Shown here: piece by piece, positions 1 through 17,769 of the stretch
Layout of the letters: each line of letters starts with the position of its first letter
Position numbering within the stretch: position 1 is the first letter of the stretch
NCBI GenBank assembly: GCA_002269645.1
Contig: NIVC01001974.1
Coordinates: forward strand, 124,001 to 188,000
DNA from: Macrostomum lignano
Lineage: Eukaryota
Direction of reading: 5' to 3'
DNA: 64,000 nt
Made by a program: the position numbers and the translations under genes
Notes under the pieces: model-generated
What the model was told of the DNA's origin: nothing
The model's input: only the letters and a program-made list of their open reading frames with translations
Database searches by the model: none

Positions 1-293
1 GTTTGAGCTAAGCTATCTAAAATCGGAGATCCAATCCTTGCAATTAACGCATGCCCAGCTGGTCCGGCTGATCTGGGCACTAAAACTCTTTGTTGGATCA
101 GCGCCTTCCGGTGCCCGAGTCCACACAGACAGGCTGTTTCTATTTTAGTCCCGCTAATGGACAGCCGGTTACGGGGGATAAAGGAATTTTTTAAACTTGG
201 CTGTAAAAGTAGACTTAATAAACACGTTCTTAGTAATTTACAGTGTACTATCAAATCGTGTTTTGTTATTCGTATCTGGACTAAGTCTCTCTT

Positions 294-294
<1 letters not shown>

Positions 295-358
<64 letters not shown>

Positions 359-363
359 GTGTG

Positions 364-422
<59 letters not shown>

Positions 423-455
423 GTGTGTGTCTGTCTGTCTGTCTGTCTGTGTGTG

Positions 456-504
<49 letters not shown>

Positions 505-530
505 GCCTGTCTGTCTGTCTGTGTGTCTGT
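295..530. repeat. (CTGT)n microsatellite
   Basis: Direct inspection. Confidence 0.95.
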
Positions 531-1055
531 ACAGCCAAATATTGCATGTAGCTGTAATGCCCGATCATCTTTCTCCTTTGCTCCCTTACCTATCGCTCCC
601 AGCTCTAAGAGCTGCACTTCAAACAGTGTGTGTGTTTTTACAGGAACTCTATTACAATACCTTCAGTGCAGGACTGCAAAACTGCAAGACTTGAATGCTA
701 TATAGCGGATTTCAATGGCACCGGCATGCATACACAGCTCTGACACACTGTATATGAGGTCTCTGCTGGGTGGCCCTGGGGGGATTGCCAACCAGCTTTT
801 GAAGACTGTAATTTAAAGTCTGCAGCTTGAATAGAGTGAAAGCGTATTGATTCCCTGGCAGTGCCATTGGCTTGGGCCTTAATTCTACTTGGAAGGGAAG
901 TTGGTTGAAGCGGTTTTCAATGGTTAATTGTGCTCAGAGGTTCGCTATTTAAAATCTATCTTTTCAAATCTCTGTCGTTTTAAAAAATTGCAGGCACTCA
1001 GTCAGAGAATCCTATGGTAGGGCTGGGGGATCTTTGCCTTTCTGGGGGTGAAATG

Positions 1056-1069
1056 GTTTCCATAGCAAC
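1056..1069. promoter_or_regulatory. RFX X-box-like motif
   Basis: GTTTCCATAGCAAC resembles the GTTNCCATGGNAAC consensus; CCAAT follows at about 1091; about 215 nt upstream of the ATG at 1285. Confidence 0.35.
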
Positions 1070-1284
1070 CAGGCCATCGTTACTTGCTCAGCCAATCGCG
1101 TATCGCCATTCTCTCCCTCTCTCTCCCGACATCTCTCTCACCTTGCTCTCTACTACTGTTTTTTTTTTTTTTTGGCCATCGTTGCTGGGTGCAGTGCGTA
1201 ACCTAGCGTCTTTTCCTGCGAATCTGACTCGATTTTTATGTTTCTCTTTCAGCAAAGAAATTGCTTGGAGCATATAGAAGACAG

Positions 1285-5644
<4,360 letters not shown>

Positions 5645-8600
5645 CCCAGTTTGTGTTGATAAAAGTTCACAATTTTAGCATCGCATTGCGTTTATACCGA
5701 TGTTCGATTGATAATATGCGTATACAATAGGTATTAGTTGTAACTTTGGCAATAAAAGTGCTCGTAAGTCGGTAATGTAAATGCTAAGTTAGCAAATTAA
5801 ATGTTTGCTTTTGGCGTTTGATGATTCAAACATCAAACCGGTGAGAAGATACAGATAGAATACATTTTAAATCGTATATACCGTACTACAAACTGTGACA
5901 CAACTTATGAGTTTCGTTGTTTTGCGGCTTTGCATGTGCTTTACTGAATACAAATAGATTCCGAATTTTTGAAAAAATAAACAAGACTCTATATACTATG
6001 AGAAACAAAGAGAATTGTTTGTACTCTGTACATTTCGTTAAAAAATTCTAATTTTGTTATATTTTGTTAACCAAGCTGCTTTGATACCGTTCGGGTGCAA
6101 TTACGAGCTATTTCAAGTCGGCGGCAAACTTAATGATAAACTGAAACTGGCTTGATTTGATTTAGAGCCTAAGGAACTTAGCAAAATTTCAGTAACTTGA
6201 TCTAGACTTCGTAAATAGAAAAGTGTCGATAACGAAGCAACTGTTTTTTAGGAGCCACTCTTTTGAGCATGCTGATGGCAGTGTAACGGGCGTGTTTTGT
6301 TTCTAAATATATCTAATTAATTGTTTCTTCTGTTGAAAGAATGATAACTCTGGCAAACAGAGTCACGTGAGCGTCTCAGCTGTTTCAAGCTAGCGAGTGA
6401 GTGTAATTAATCTTCATTTTCTTCAGCTTCATCCAGCTATATCAGACTTGTCCATGAATTAATTAGTAACTAATGAGGTAGGTCTAATGAGTATTCGTAA
6501 TAAAAATTACACACACAGAGTGTACGAATTACACAATATCTGGTGTACTTCTATACTAAAATATTGCTTATGCGTGATTGAAAATTCACCGTCTTTCATG
6601 GATTATTTTTCTTTTTTCCTAATAGTAGTATGTTTACATAGATAATATTGCTTTGTTCAAAAAAATACAGAGAAATCCTTTTTGGTACGACTGTTATATC
6701 GTATTAACACGTTTCTAATTTTTTGTTTTTGTATAGTAGCTCTGTCAGTAGTGCATTTAATCAACAAAAACACTTTGCTTTGCAAAGCTTTGTAAAACAG
6801 AAGCGAGTATATATTAGTTTTCACTCATACGTTTGGCAGAAAAACAATGTAAAACCACGTATAAAAGCTTCTAAAAATATGTAGCAATTTCGTTGCTTTT
6901 CGTGCTTCACAGGACAAAAAAGCGGTGAAAACAAAAGAGAAAAAAGCACTGTTCCCACTTTAGAGACTCAAAATGCATGCCTTTTTTGTCGGGAAAAAAA
7001 ATTTGTGAAACTATATAGCTACTAGATTTTTGCTTTTCTAAACTGCAAGCCGACACGCACTATCATGCTCGTTGTAATTCTGGGTAGCTGCACTTACATG
7101 TACATGTAGGTTCCTATACAAATTTGTGAGGTGTGAAGCATGAAACAGCTATCGCTTTTGTAGCTACCTTTAGCGCTAGAAACAATGCTATCACATCGCC
7201 TGAAATATTGTAACATTAACTTCGTATGAGTATCAGACCTTTAATTTTCAGTTTAACGCTAATTAATGCTTGAATCGTCAACGGAAAATTTCGTTAACGA
7301 TGCCCAAAATTAGGAGCTAAAAAATTTTAGGCGATGTGAAATTTAGGTAACTATTATGATACTGAAGATACTGAAAACGTCAAGATTCTCAACCGGCATT
7401 ACGTGAAGATATTTGCTTGTGCGAAAAATACGATTTCCCACTAGCTACAAGTATGACTACTGTTGATACGCACGTAAGTAGTAGAATAGGGAAATAGCTA
7501 TTACTGTATTAATCTTTAATATAATCTTTCATTAATATTTCCGTACAGTTCCATGCATGCTCAGATAGAAATTGAGGGTATTTAATGCCACAGAGACGAA
7601 GGAATGAACATTCAAGAACATCTAAGTAAGAATTGATGTAATGTAGCTCGCAGCCTTTGTGTGTAATTTTATTTGTATTGGACAGCTATATTTATGAGTA
7701 TGAAGTAAGCAAATATAAGAAGCGCTACAGTATGCCAGTGGCGCAACAAAGACTCAAAATTTTCTGCTATAGAAGCTTTTTACTGTGATATTGACGATGA
7801 TGGCATGGAGACTGACGCACTTATAGCAAATCAAAATCGGCTTTAATATGTTTTTGTAGGAGGTCGGCATACTGTAGAGATTAGCTAGAAAATTCAAAAT
7901 AATTCTGGTTAGTCAATAAATGGTAGTTTGGCCCTCAGCTTGAATTTTAGATTTCTGTTTTAAATTTAAACGTAGCCGGAGCACTTTTTTAATTGCAAGC
8001 AACAAAACTAATGTGTTCAAAGTATTCAGGCAAAGTATTCAAAGTATTTTAACGATTTAGCGATATTAATTCAGAATAATCAGTATTAAATAGATGATCC
8101 AAAATAACTTAATGATTTATACATACGAGTTCAGAAATTGCATGGTAGCTGAAGTAAAGGGATGTTAGCTAAACTCGATTTTCCTAGAAATCTGGCTTGT
8201 TTTGAGTGTTGAATGGAGTTTTAGCCATAGACAAAAAGCTGATTTATCTAGAGAGTACAGTAAAAATACAAATTTCTTACAAAACCGAGTGCTTAGCGTC
8301 CTTCTACGAGCGTTCTTCAGCTGTCCATGAGTTTTAGGTTTAGCATATGGGAATAGACCATGTCATAATCATGTATCGACGGAAAGCATTATCAATAAAA
8401 TAAACACAAGTGACCAGAGGAAAGACGGTTTAAAGATAGCTAACCCTTTCAAATATTTTGAGTTTTGGTGCAAATCGAATTAGAAGCAATATTATATTTT
8501 TTATTTCCGTGGATGCTATCTACATTTATTATTTATTATCCTTCAATGAGCAATATGCTCTGATTCTCAGTACCATGCAGGCTCAGGACAAGCGTAAAGA

Positions 8601-8916
8601 AATACGAGCGTATTATATTTAAAAAATGTGGTAGAATTTCGCATATTTGCTTAACAGTTGATCCAGAAAAAACAAAAAAGTGTGAACTTATTAGTAGGTA
8701 TGAAAATATTTCGAGTTTAATGAGTTGCAAGATGAATGAATTATCAAATACGTAAGCCAACATAAAATCATTGGATGTATATTCTTTTATCCTGGGATAA
8801 CTATTTAACGTACATCAAGTTCTGGCCTCATCATGGCCAATATTCTTTAGCAGCAAATTGTCACCAGGCGCTGCATTAGTTGATGCAAATGCCTCGTCAT
8901 CCAACGATGCAGCTGG

Positions 8917-11900
8917 TCACTGATGTCTTTGTTCCTCAATATCAGCAACTGTCTCTTGTACTTCCGTAGTATCGTGAGGCTCCTGAGTTTGCTGTCGTCG
9001 GCGAGTGAACCGACCTCGCCATATCCGCCGTTTCCAATAGGCCCGACCAAGCTGCTGCGACCTGCTGGTGGCCTGACTGGCGCCTTCGGCAACCAGTTGT
9101 CGCATTCGCTTCACTTTCCCTCCAGCAAACGAGTTCACTTTAGCTAACAATGCTTTAGTAGCGTACTCCTGCACTGAGTTGCGCGACACGTGCACTATTT
9201 GCGAGTGAGAATAGTAAAGCATGAAATGGTTCACTAGGATTGGCACGGTGAATGCTATTAGCAGTAGGCCGCTTAAGGCGCACGCGGAGCCAACGATGCG
9301 ACCTACATGTTGATCAATAATTTGTTAGGGTTAGTTACTAACTCTAATTTTAACCACTGCAGGTATAAATCATTAAGCTGAAATGTAATTTTCCTGAGTA
9401 ATTTTTTAAGACATCAAAAGGTTAAAAAGATCTTATCTGAACTTTGCTGAAGGCCTTCACTCACGACATAACTCTTAAGCTTCAAGTGCTTTAAAACAGG
9501 AACTTGCTGTTTCTTACTTAGAAGCATTGCTTTTGTTTTTCTATAATTAGACCAGCTTTTACTCAGCGCTTTGACTTCCTTTTTGTTTATTGTTATTCGT
9601 TAGCATATACGCTCGTAGTATCAAGTAGACTTCTAACCTTAAAGAGATAATTGCATTTACCTAATAAGCTTTAACGTTTTGTTAGACAGAGACAACTGCG
9701 GTCACCCCAGCTGGGAAGGTTGGTAAGGATAGGACTGTTATGGGTTGGTTGGGAATCGGCTTAATGGGGAAGCGGAATCACACGGCTGCTAGGTCTATGT
9801 AGAAAAACGCTGCAATAAACATTTTATTGGCCCTGAAAAGGTCGAGTAAAACCTCTGAAAAAAGCAATTTTGTTTTCGTTCTTGACTTTTCTTATTGCTA
9901 ATTGCCCTCTGCATCAGTTTTTTTTTCGTGAATGGCTTTTTACTTTGGGCGAACAATCAGAATAAGTTTGTATAGTGCTCATGTTTATATCGCTTGATAT
10001 TAAGCTGACATTGTCACTATACATATCATTGTAATTATAATCTTCTTTACTCTCATATGTTGCTGACCAGATAAGTTCTTTATTAGCAGGTAAAAAAATT
10101 ATTCAAGCTTTAGTTTTTTGCACCCAACTTACCGGCATTTGTTTGCGGCACCAGGTCACCGTAGCCAACTGTTGTCATGGTGACCAGGGACCACCAGAAG
10201 CCGTCGAACATGGACATAAAACGGTTCTCGGCACCCTGGCCCTTGGCACACTTGGAACAGTCGTCGGCGCCAACCTGATGCCCCTCGGAGCGAGCCTTCT
10301 CGCAGAAGAAAATCAGCGTGCTAAACAGCAGAGTGCCTAGGGCGACAAACACACCCATCAGCATTAGGTCCCGCAATGAGGTGCGCAGTGTATATATTAG
10401 TACCTGCAATCCTCTATAGTGCCGACCGATGCGTAGCAGCCTCATAAAGAGCGTGATTTTAAGAAAGGCAATGTACTCCGGCAAGCCGAAGTTGCTGCTA
10501 TCGGAGAATTCGATTATTCCAAAACAAACTTTTAATAGTTCGTTTACATAGAATGGCAGAATCGATAGCAGGTCGATAATTGTGTAGTTGTTACGAAAAT
10601 AAGCTAACTTATTTCGACAACACAACAGGCGCACTCCGAAGTCAAAGGTGAGTACCCCGAATCCGATCCAATCAGGGAAGACTAGCCAGTCCACCTTGAT
10701 TCTAGACCGGCCATCGGTGTGATTACCGTACCACGAGGGGTGCTTCGACGAGTAAAAGGCCACCTCTCGGGGCGTCATGAGGCGCTGAAAGTGCTCAGAA
10801 GTGCTGGCAACAAAACTGAACACAGTGTATAGAACTGTGATGCTTAGCAAGACGGCGTACACAGCGGCGGGAAAACTTGACGACGGATGATCCAATATCT
10901 TCCAGCAACGACGACGCATCGCAATGAGAGCCTCTTTGAGACGCTTCTGCCAGCCTGAATTGCCGAGAGAAATAACAATAAGAAAATATATAAAAATATT
11001 AAATATAGATAACTTTTTAGAAAATAAAAGAGGACATGAAAGCTTTGTCCGACCAATATAACATGATCCATGATTTTGGCGTAGAAAAAAGTTAATCATC
11101 GCTATTACTGTACACCATGCCGTATATTACTTGTTATAATTATGACTAGCTGACAGTTCGCTGTCAAATGGGGTTATTATCGTCACTGAACTAACTAACG
11201 AACTATCTCTACTGCATCCGCTAGTTTGCACTGAATTTGGCAAGGACCAGTGACCATATGATCAACTATGACCAAATATCAACTGAGGTGGAAGGTAGCT
11301 ACGCTAGAGAACGCATGGCACTGGATAGGACTTGGCCATAGACAATTTCGGTCTAGAACAATCCGACTTCTCAAGAGCAGACCAGCTACTGATGTTTCAG
11401 AGCAGTAAGCTTTTTTACTTACCATGTGATTTCTGCAAGTCCTGAAGCAGATTCTGCTCCTCGAACTCTTGATCAGTTGGTATTATAAGCGGTTCGTTCT
11501 CCATTTCTTCTTTGAAGAAATTTTCAAACTTCTTCAAACTGACCAGCCGACTCTTTGTGTCCATGACGTGGCTGACGCAACAGTTCTGGATTTCGATTGC
11601 TGGTTGAATGCCCCAAAGGGCCAGTTCCCGTTCTAGAAGAGGGCCGCAATAGTGATGAGGCACGTGAAGCTCACCTGTGGAGCGATATGAGAGTGCGAGT
11701 AAATAGAAGATAAGAATCATTAAATATTAATAAGATAGCAATATTCTTAGTAGTAGGATCCTTTTGCATATTATTTATCAGAAGATGAGGGTTAATTTGT
11801 AGCCTAGTGGTTAGAGCGGCGGACTCGCGAATGAAAAGTCGGGGGTTCGATTCTCGACCCACTCGGAACAATTCGTGTCCTTAAGCATGGCACTTCACTC

Positions 11901-14199
11901 TGCATTGCTTCAGTTCACCCAGCTGTAAAATGGGTGCCAGCATTAGCTGGGGTAATTGAGGGTGTGTGGCGACCCCTCCCCCCCAGGCCTTGGACTGAAC
12001 AGCCGTACGCAGCCTTTCAGATGCGCCGCGCAATAACTGCGACTGAGCTGTCAGTTGCGCATCTGGCCATTAGAGCAGGTGTAAATAAAAATGTATCAGT
12101 AACTTTTAGTCAACGCTAGAAACAAAATCCTGTAGACAAACCAAATAGATTGAGATATACAGTTTTTTTTCATTCCGACTAACCGTATCGACAATACCAA
12201 AGTACAATTGTGAATATATCTGGATCCCTGTCGAAATAGTATTCCTGTTGCGGTGCTCGATAAATCCCGTCGTGCATGAGCTTGTCGTAGACGTATCGTT
12301 GTTTTAACAGAGTGGAACGTAGCACCTGTCAGATACATTGAGCGGTAATTGCATTGTATATTAGCACTTGCTCATTATTACAATGGAATTGCATCGATAA
12401 AATTAAATCTAGTTACCTCAAAGCGAGTACCGCTGACGTTGAGACGAATGAGTCCAAGCACATCCAGATTGTCCATATCGAGCGACTCGCCGCAGGCCAA
12501 CGAGTTCTCATCGATAAAGTGCATGTTCTCAAAGTCGGTTTTGCCCAGATCCAGCAATTGTTGGCGCTGTGCCTCCGTCAAGGTTGACGACTGGGGCTGC
12601 GGTTGAGCATTCTGCTGCTGTCGACGACTCTTGCCGAGGATGCCTGCAGAATTTTTGTGAAATACAAAAATTTGATATGTGTAATGTAGAATTACTAGCG
12701 ACTGTGACTAAAACTTAGGCCAGAAGTCATTTCTCAAACTTTATCTTTGCTGTTTATTAATTTAAAAAAAGAAAAACTTTCTACTTGTGGCACCTCTACG
12801 TATCGATCTCGATTGAAAATTCATCCGACAATGGATCAATCGTATTTGCGCAGTAATTTTTAAGCTGTCAAATTTAGAACGAAACGGGTAGGGTTTAAAA
12901 AAGCTACAAACGCCTGCGTTTCGCTTGATCGCGCAAGACGCGTAGTTTCGTGCGCCTGTAGGCAGCCGCAGGAGCTTAAATCCTCTGTTTATGATTTTAT
13001 CCGCCAATCCAGACGCAAAAATGTTGGATAGCAAGATTTCTTCCGTCTGTTACCTGTCCGTTCGTCTATCCCGTTCCCTTCGCAGCATAAAGAGCTTTGC
13101 ACTTCAATGTTCTTTTCTTCGAGAGAAAGGCCGATGATACTTGTAAGGGAAGGAATTAGGGAAGGAAGGTGCCTTATCAGATGGGTCCAACATATTTTGG
13201 ATATTATTTTAGCTCGTATTACAGCCCTAACATCCACTATTCACAATTTCAATCCGGCCCGCTCACGGTGTGTCTTTTCTCAGCTCTCTTCTCTCCTCTC
13301 TTCTCTCATCTCTCATCTTCCATTTTGTCTCCTTTCCACTCTCATCTGGTCGTCTAGGTAAAAAAGTTTGCCGACCCCTGATTTAGTCTCTATCTCCATC
13401 TCCTCTGGAATTTGGCCTTGTCTAAATTGCAACCCTGATTGGTGGAGTTTTACGATGATGGCAGTTGCTATGCTAAATTTACTTTATACGACTAAAACTT
13501 GCTCTAGTATTATTATTGCACTAAACCAAGTAAAATGACCACATGGAGACCAATAAGCATAATCAAGTGCAACTGCACTAAGTTTATTGGGTACTTTTAG
13601 TTCCTACAAGTTTTTAGTGTTTCGACAATGCACGTATGCACGAAAAGTCTTACCCGAGTGAGATAACGAACGGTAGACCGCTAAGTTATAAAAAGTTGCG
13701 ACGTTTTTTTACGAAGGGCCTATTTTTGTATTGTCACGTAAAACGGGAGTACCTGTAGCCAGCCTTTAAACAAGCCGATTAGCTAAAGCAACAGAGTCCA
13801 GGAAACAGTTGCTGTCACCGGTCTCAGACACTCACTAATGCCGCCAGATACGCTGCCGGCAGCGTTTCCTGACGCAAGACTGCTCTGGGACGAGTTGTTC
13901 CTCATCAAGCCCATGGCCAGACTCCGTCGGTGCTTGAATACCCTGGCCCATCCTGGTGCTCTAGGCTGCTGCTGTTGCTGCTGCTGCTGCTGCGAAGTTC
14001 TGTTACCGCTCTCGGCTTCAACAGTGTTATTAGAACCGCTGCTTTCGTTACTGCTACTACGATTTCTGAGCATTGCAGAACTGGCCGCTTTCTGCTGCGT
14101 TTCTTGCTGCTGAGTTTGAGGTTGTTGCTGCTGCTGCTGTTGCTGCTGCTGCTGCCGATCTTCCGAGTTAAGCAGCGCTCGATGAACAAAGTGGGCCAT
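8917..14199 (-). CDS. Shaw: Voltage-gated K+ channel subunit, Shaw/Kv3-like but divergent, 730 aa; complement(join(8917..9302,10133..10954,11423..11674,12184..12325,12417..12643,13836..14199))
   Basis: T1 domain (IRLNVSGTRFE; EYYFDRDPDIF; GELHVPHHYCGPLLERELALWGI...CC with the non-Shaker Zn motif), S1-S6, pore WWSLVTMTTVGYGD, and S6 GRIVGSACALSGLLLIAFTVPILVNHF. All GT-AG junctions are phase-compatible and total length is 2193 nt. Subfamily assignment is by T1 resemblance only. Confidence 0.88.
11797..12095 (+). mobile_element. tRNA-derived CORE-type SINE in a Kv intron
   Basis: A-box TAGCCTAGTGG (about 11800), B-box GGTTCGATTC (11844), then GTGTCCTTAAGCATGGCACTTCACTC...CAGCTGTAAAATGGG resembling the MIR/CORE domain. 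The 3' end near an A-rich AATAAAAA is approximate. Confidence 0.7.
13240..13380 (+). mobile_element. hAT/Charlie-type MITE relic (right end)
   Basis: AATCCGGCCCGC internal motif and terminal GTTTGCCGACCCCTG (reverse complement CAGGGGTCGGCAAAC, a MER58-like TIR); homologous to 15454-15560. Confidence 0.55.
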
Positions 14200-14676
14200 T
14201 GAATCCTCTGAAGTGTCAGTTATAGGGGATCGCGGTTTTCTTTTTTGCAAAATACAGCCGATCCACTTTACTATTCTACTTACAGTAGAATGCAATATTA
14301 AGTGTTTTTTATATTAGACAGACAAAATATTAAATAACAATGAATGTTTAGTTGCAACTAGAAGCAGTTTAAAAAATGTATATTAAAAAGGCTTTTATAT
14401 GAAAAAAAGTATTTAGTAGTGTTTAGTATGAGCTATGAGCTATTATTAATATAAAACTCAAGCAGTCTAGTAGTACGTAATACATGTAAGTATAAAGCAT
14501 ATTCATAGTACTATATAAGCTTTAAAAGTTACCGTCAACACTGCTTAGAGCTTTGCTGCCACTTGCCATTGGCTTTCAGCTTTCAACTGCCTGTTGACGG
14601 CTGCTAAATAGGATTTAGCAATGATAAATGATCGATCAAATTGTGCTCAGTGGCTAATTAGCTGGTAACACTGTTT

Positions 14677-14826
<150 letters not shown>

Positions 14827-15453
14827 TATACTGAAGTATTGAAATCACAAGAATATCGGACGCTATTGCTGAGTTTTGAAAGCTCTTCGACAAGTCTAAG
14901 AAAGCTACAATTAGCAACAATCAAAAGCAACCAAAAGGCAAACGCTGTGCAGTTGTCAGAGTCAGCTGCACAGTTGCTATGCAGTCGGTACACACACAGC
15001 TCCGGAAACACAAACTAGTCAAGGAAGGGACTATCAATCTTTGTTTTAAGATTTCTGTTTCAATTTCATGTTCCTGTCTGTGCAGCTTCAAGGCAGACAA
15101 TCACCTATTCCACTTAGCAACAGCTGACAGTATTAATTAGCAGCAATAGTCTTGGAGAATGACAAAACAATTTTTGTTAGAACTATGATTGAATAGAACT
15201 TACAGAACTTCAAAGTTGATGCATTTTTAACTGCGACTGTTTACGAGAGGGTAAATTAGCTTTGGATTAGGCAGAATTTTTAGCTGCTGTGTAGTTTTAT
15301 ATTGCCATCTAGCGGAGGGGTGGCGAGGGGGGATCTTCCCCTTTTGTTGAAACCTGAGCAATGGCTAGCTGGATCTCCGCTGGGGTTGGCTGGGCCAAGG
15401 ACTCCCTAAAAAACTGATCTGGACCCTGGGGTGCCAGGTCTTCCCCCCTGAAC

Positions 15454-15560
15454 CAGGGGTCGGCCAACTCCAAGCCAAGCAGGCCCTCGGGTCCTTTGAA
15501 ACTTCACAATAGCAATCCGGCCCGTTCATGGTTTGTGTCTCTTCTCAGCTCTCTCTTCTC
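15454..15560 (+). mobile_element. hAT/Charlie-type MITE relic (left end)
   Basis: Starts CAGGGGTCGGCCAAC and shares TTCACAAT..AATCCGGCCCG..TGTGTCT..TTCTCAGCTCTCT with the 13240 copy. Confidence 0.55.
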
Positions 15561-15830
15561 TCTTCTCGTTTCTGTTTGCTTTCCTCCCTTCTCTCTCTCT
15601 TCTCCTCTCCTCTCTCTTCTCTCCTCTCTCTCTCTTTTCTCTCTCCTCTCCTCTTGCTTCTCTCTCTCCTCTTCTCTCTCTCCTCTTTTCTCTCTTCTCT
15701 CTCTCCTCTTTTCTCTCTTCTCTCTCTCCTCTTCTCTCTCTTCTTTCTTCTCTCTCCTCTTCTCTCTCTTTTCTCTCTCCTCTTCTCTCTCTCCTCTTTT
15801 CTCTCTCCTCTTCTCTCTCTCCTCTTTTCT

Positions 15831-15866
<36 letters not shown>

Positions 15867-16290
15867 CTCTTTTCTCTCTCCTCTTCTCTCTCTCCTCTTT
15901 TCTCTCTTCTCTCTCTCCTCTTCTCTCTCTTTTCTTTCTCCTCTTCTCTCTCTCTCCTCTTCTCTATATCCTCTTCTTCTCTTCTCTCTCTCTCCTCTTC
16001 TCTCTCTTCTTTCTTCTCTCTCCTCTTCTCTCTCTTTTCTCTCTCCTCTTCTCTCTCTCTTCTTTTCTCTCTTCTCTCTCTCTCCTCTTCTCTCTCTTCT
16101 CTCTCTCCTCTTCTCTCTCTCTCTCTTCTCTTCTCTCTCTTCTCTCTCTCTCCTCTTTTCTCTCTTTTCTCTCTCCTCTTCTCTCTCTTCTCTCTTCTCT
16201 CCTTTCTCCTCTTCTCCCTTTTACTCGCTCGCCTCTTCTTTCTTCTATCTCTCTTCTCTCTATACTACTCCCTTAAACCCTCTCTTCTCA
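15540..16290. repeat. Polypyrimidine (TC/TTCTC) low-complexity tract
   Basis: About 750 nt almost exclusively C/T. Confidence 0.93.
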
Positions 16291-17769
16291 CCCCAGCTTC
16301 CCCACTAACACTAGGCTCCATCAATTATTACAAACTTGGCCTCACATTGAGCCGTATGAATTACCAGGATTCTGACAATAGATCATTCCAGGCCTCCGCA
16401 TAAGAACCATTTTTCAACTTAAACATCATTAAGTTGCCGAAAAGATTAATAATAAGAGAGCTGGTTATTCTAGATGAGCCATGATATTTTAAGTGAGATT
16501 CGGAGTTCAAGATCCCAAATTCCAGATAAGTGCGATCCAGATCCCAGTTTAAATTATCCACTGCCCAGTTTGGTCAGTGATAGTTTATATTTTTATTGGG
16601 AAATGAGTTGGAATGAACATAGAAGACTGCTCAAGCAAGCCGTTCCCCCGTGTGCACCGTAGTTATCGTTGGCTATATAAAAATCAGCAAAGTCACTAAT
16701 TAGCCCATATTTATATAGCTATGGCTTATTGAAATAAATGCCCATCACCATAAGCGGATCTATGCGGAGACGGAAGTGATGCTAGAGCTTCATCTGAGCT
16801 GCGCAAACTTCTACGCCACAATAGCTCTAGCTGTGCCTTGCTGCAAAAAACTCAGTGACAATCTCTGTATTGCACATACCAATTGCTGTAATTGAGACAG
16901 CTCTTCGGGCATTGGACTGCCGCCTATTTATAGCTGGCTAAGGGAAGAAGACATCGCAGAAATGGGATCCGCAGTTGAGCTTGGGGGAAATTGGCCGGGG
17001 TTATTGCTTCGATAATTAGAGCCTTATCTGCGCGTATTAACCAGATTCTGCTAATTGTTGGTCCTGCTCTGTACTTTGAGTAGGATGCAGATTTAGATTT
17101 ATGGGAATTGGAGTGAACTCGGAGATTCCACTGCTATCTAGTCATTAGTGCGAGTTTGTTTAACTGAGTGACCTAAAACTTCACTGGAGTTCGTTCGGTT
17201 CAAAAGTGATTGGTTTTTGAAAATTTAAGTAGAAGATTGAGTGAGCATCTTTATAGTAGAATCCTCTAAAATGGCATTGTTACATCTTTAGACTAACGAT
17301 TGTTATGCAACAGTATAGCAGCTGTGCTTGATAGGGAATGGGGATATTTATCCAAACAATCTGAGATCTGTTTGATACAGAATGAGGATTTTTATCCCCA
17401 ACAATCTGTGAGATCTGTTATGATGACAGAATTAGGATTTTTTCTTAACAATCTGGGAGATCTGGTAGATACAGAATGGGGATTTTATCCCAAAACATCT
17501 ATCACGATAATCAGGAGTGCCAACTATTTGACGAATAGGTTTTTTGCAAGAGTTTCAATAATAAAATCTTAATGACGCTGGCGACAATGCCCATAATTAA
17601 TCAAGATATTAATGAGCCAGGCAAAACTTTTGTGCTATGTTTTCTAAGAAAGGCGAAGTTTTTCTTCCCCTTTGGGGCGATTTTAATGGCCGTCAATGTC
17701 ATTGTGTTAGAAAATAATCGATAGTGCTATAACTTTATTTCTATTCTATATGTTGTGCATCTCGTGGTG

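Noticed and set aside
157-705. ORFs reading LSVC/TDRQ, LSIY, HSLT, SINQ etc. here and at 2959, 18621, 33089, 36145, 41528, 48928
   Set aside because: Translations of tetranucleotide microsatellites that lack stop codons; not genes.
11797-11870. tRNA gene
   Set aside because: A/B boxes present but no convincing acceptor stem, and it continues into a CORE-like SINE body.
15496-16403. Long Leu/Ser/Phe ORFs (also 58027, 61984)
   Set aside because: Pyrimidine-only repeats cannot encode stops; artefactual.
16924-16933. TATA box (minus) as Kv promoter
   Set aside because: No initiator at the expected spacing; the motif is common in AT-rich DNA.
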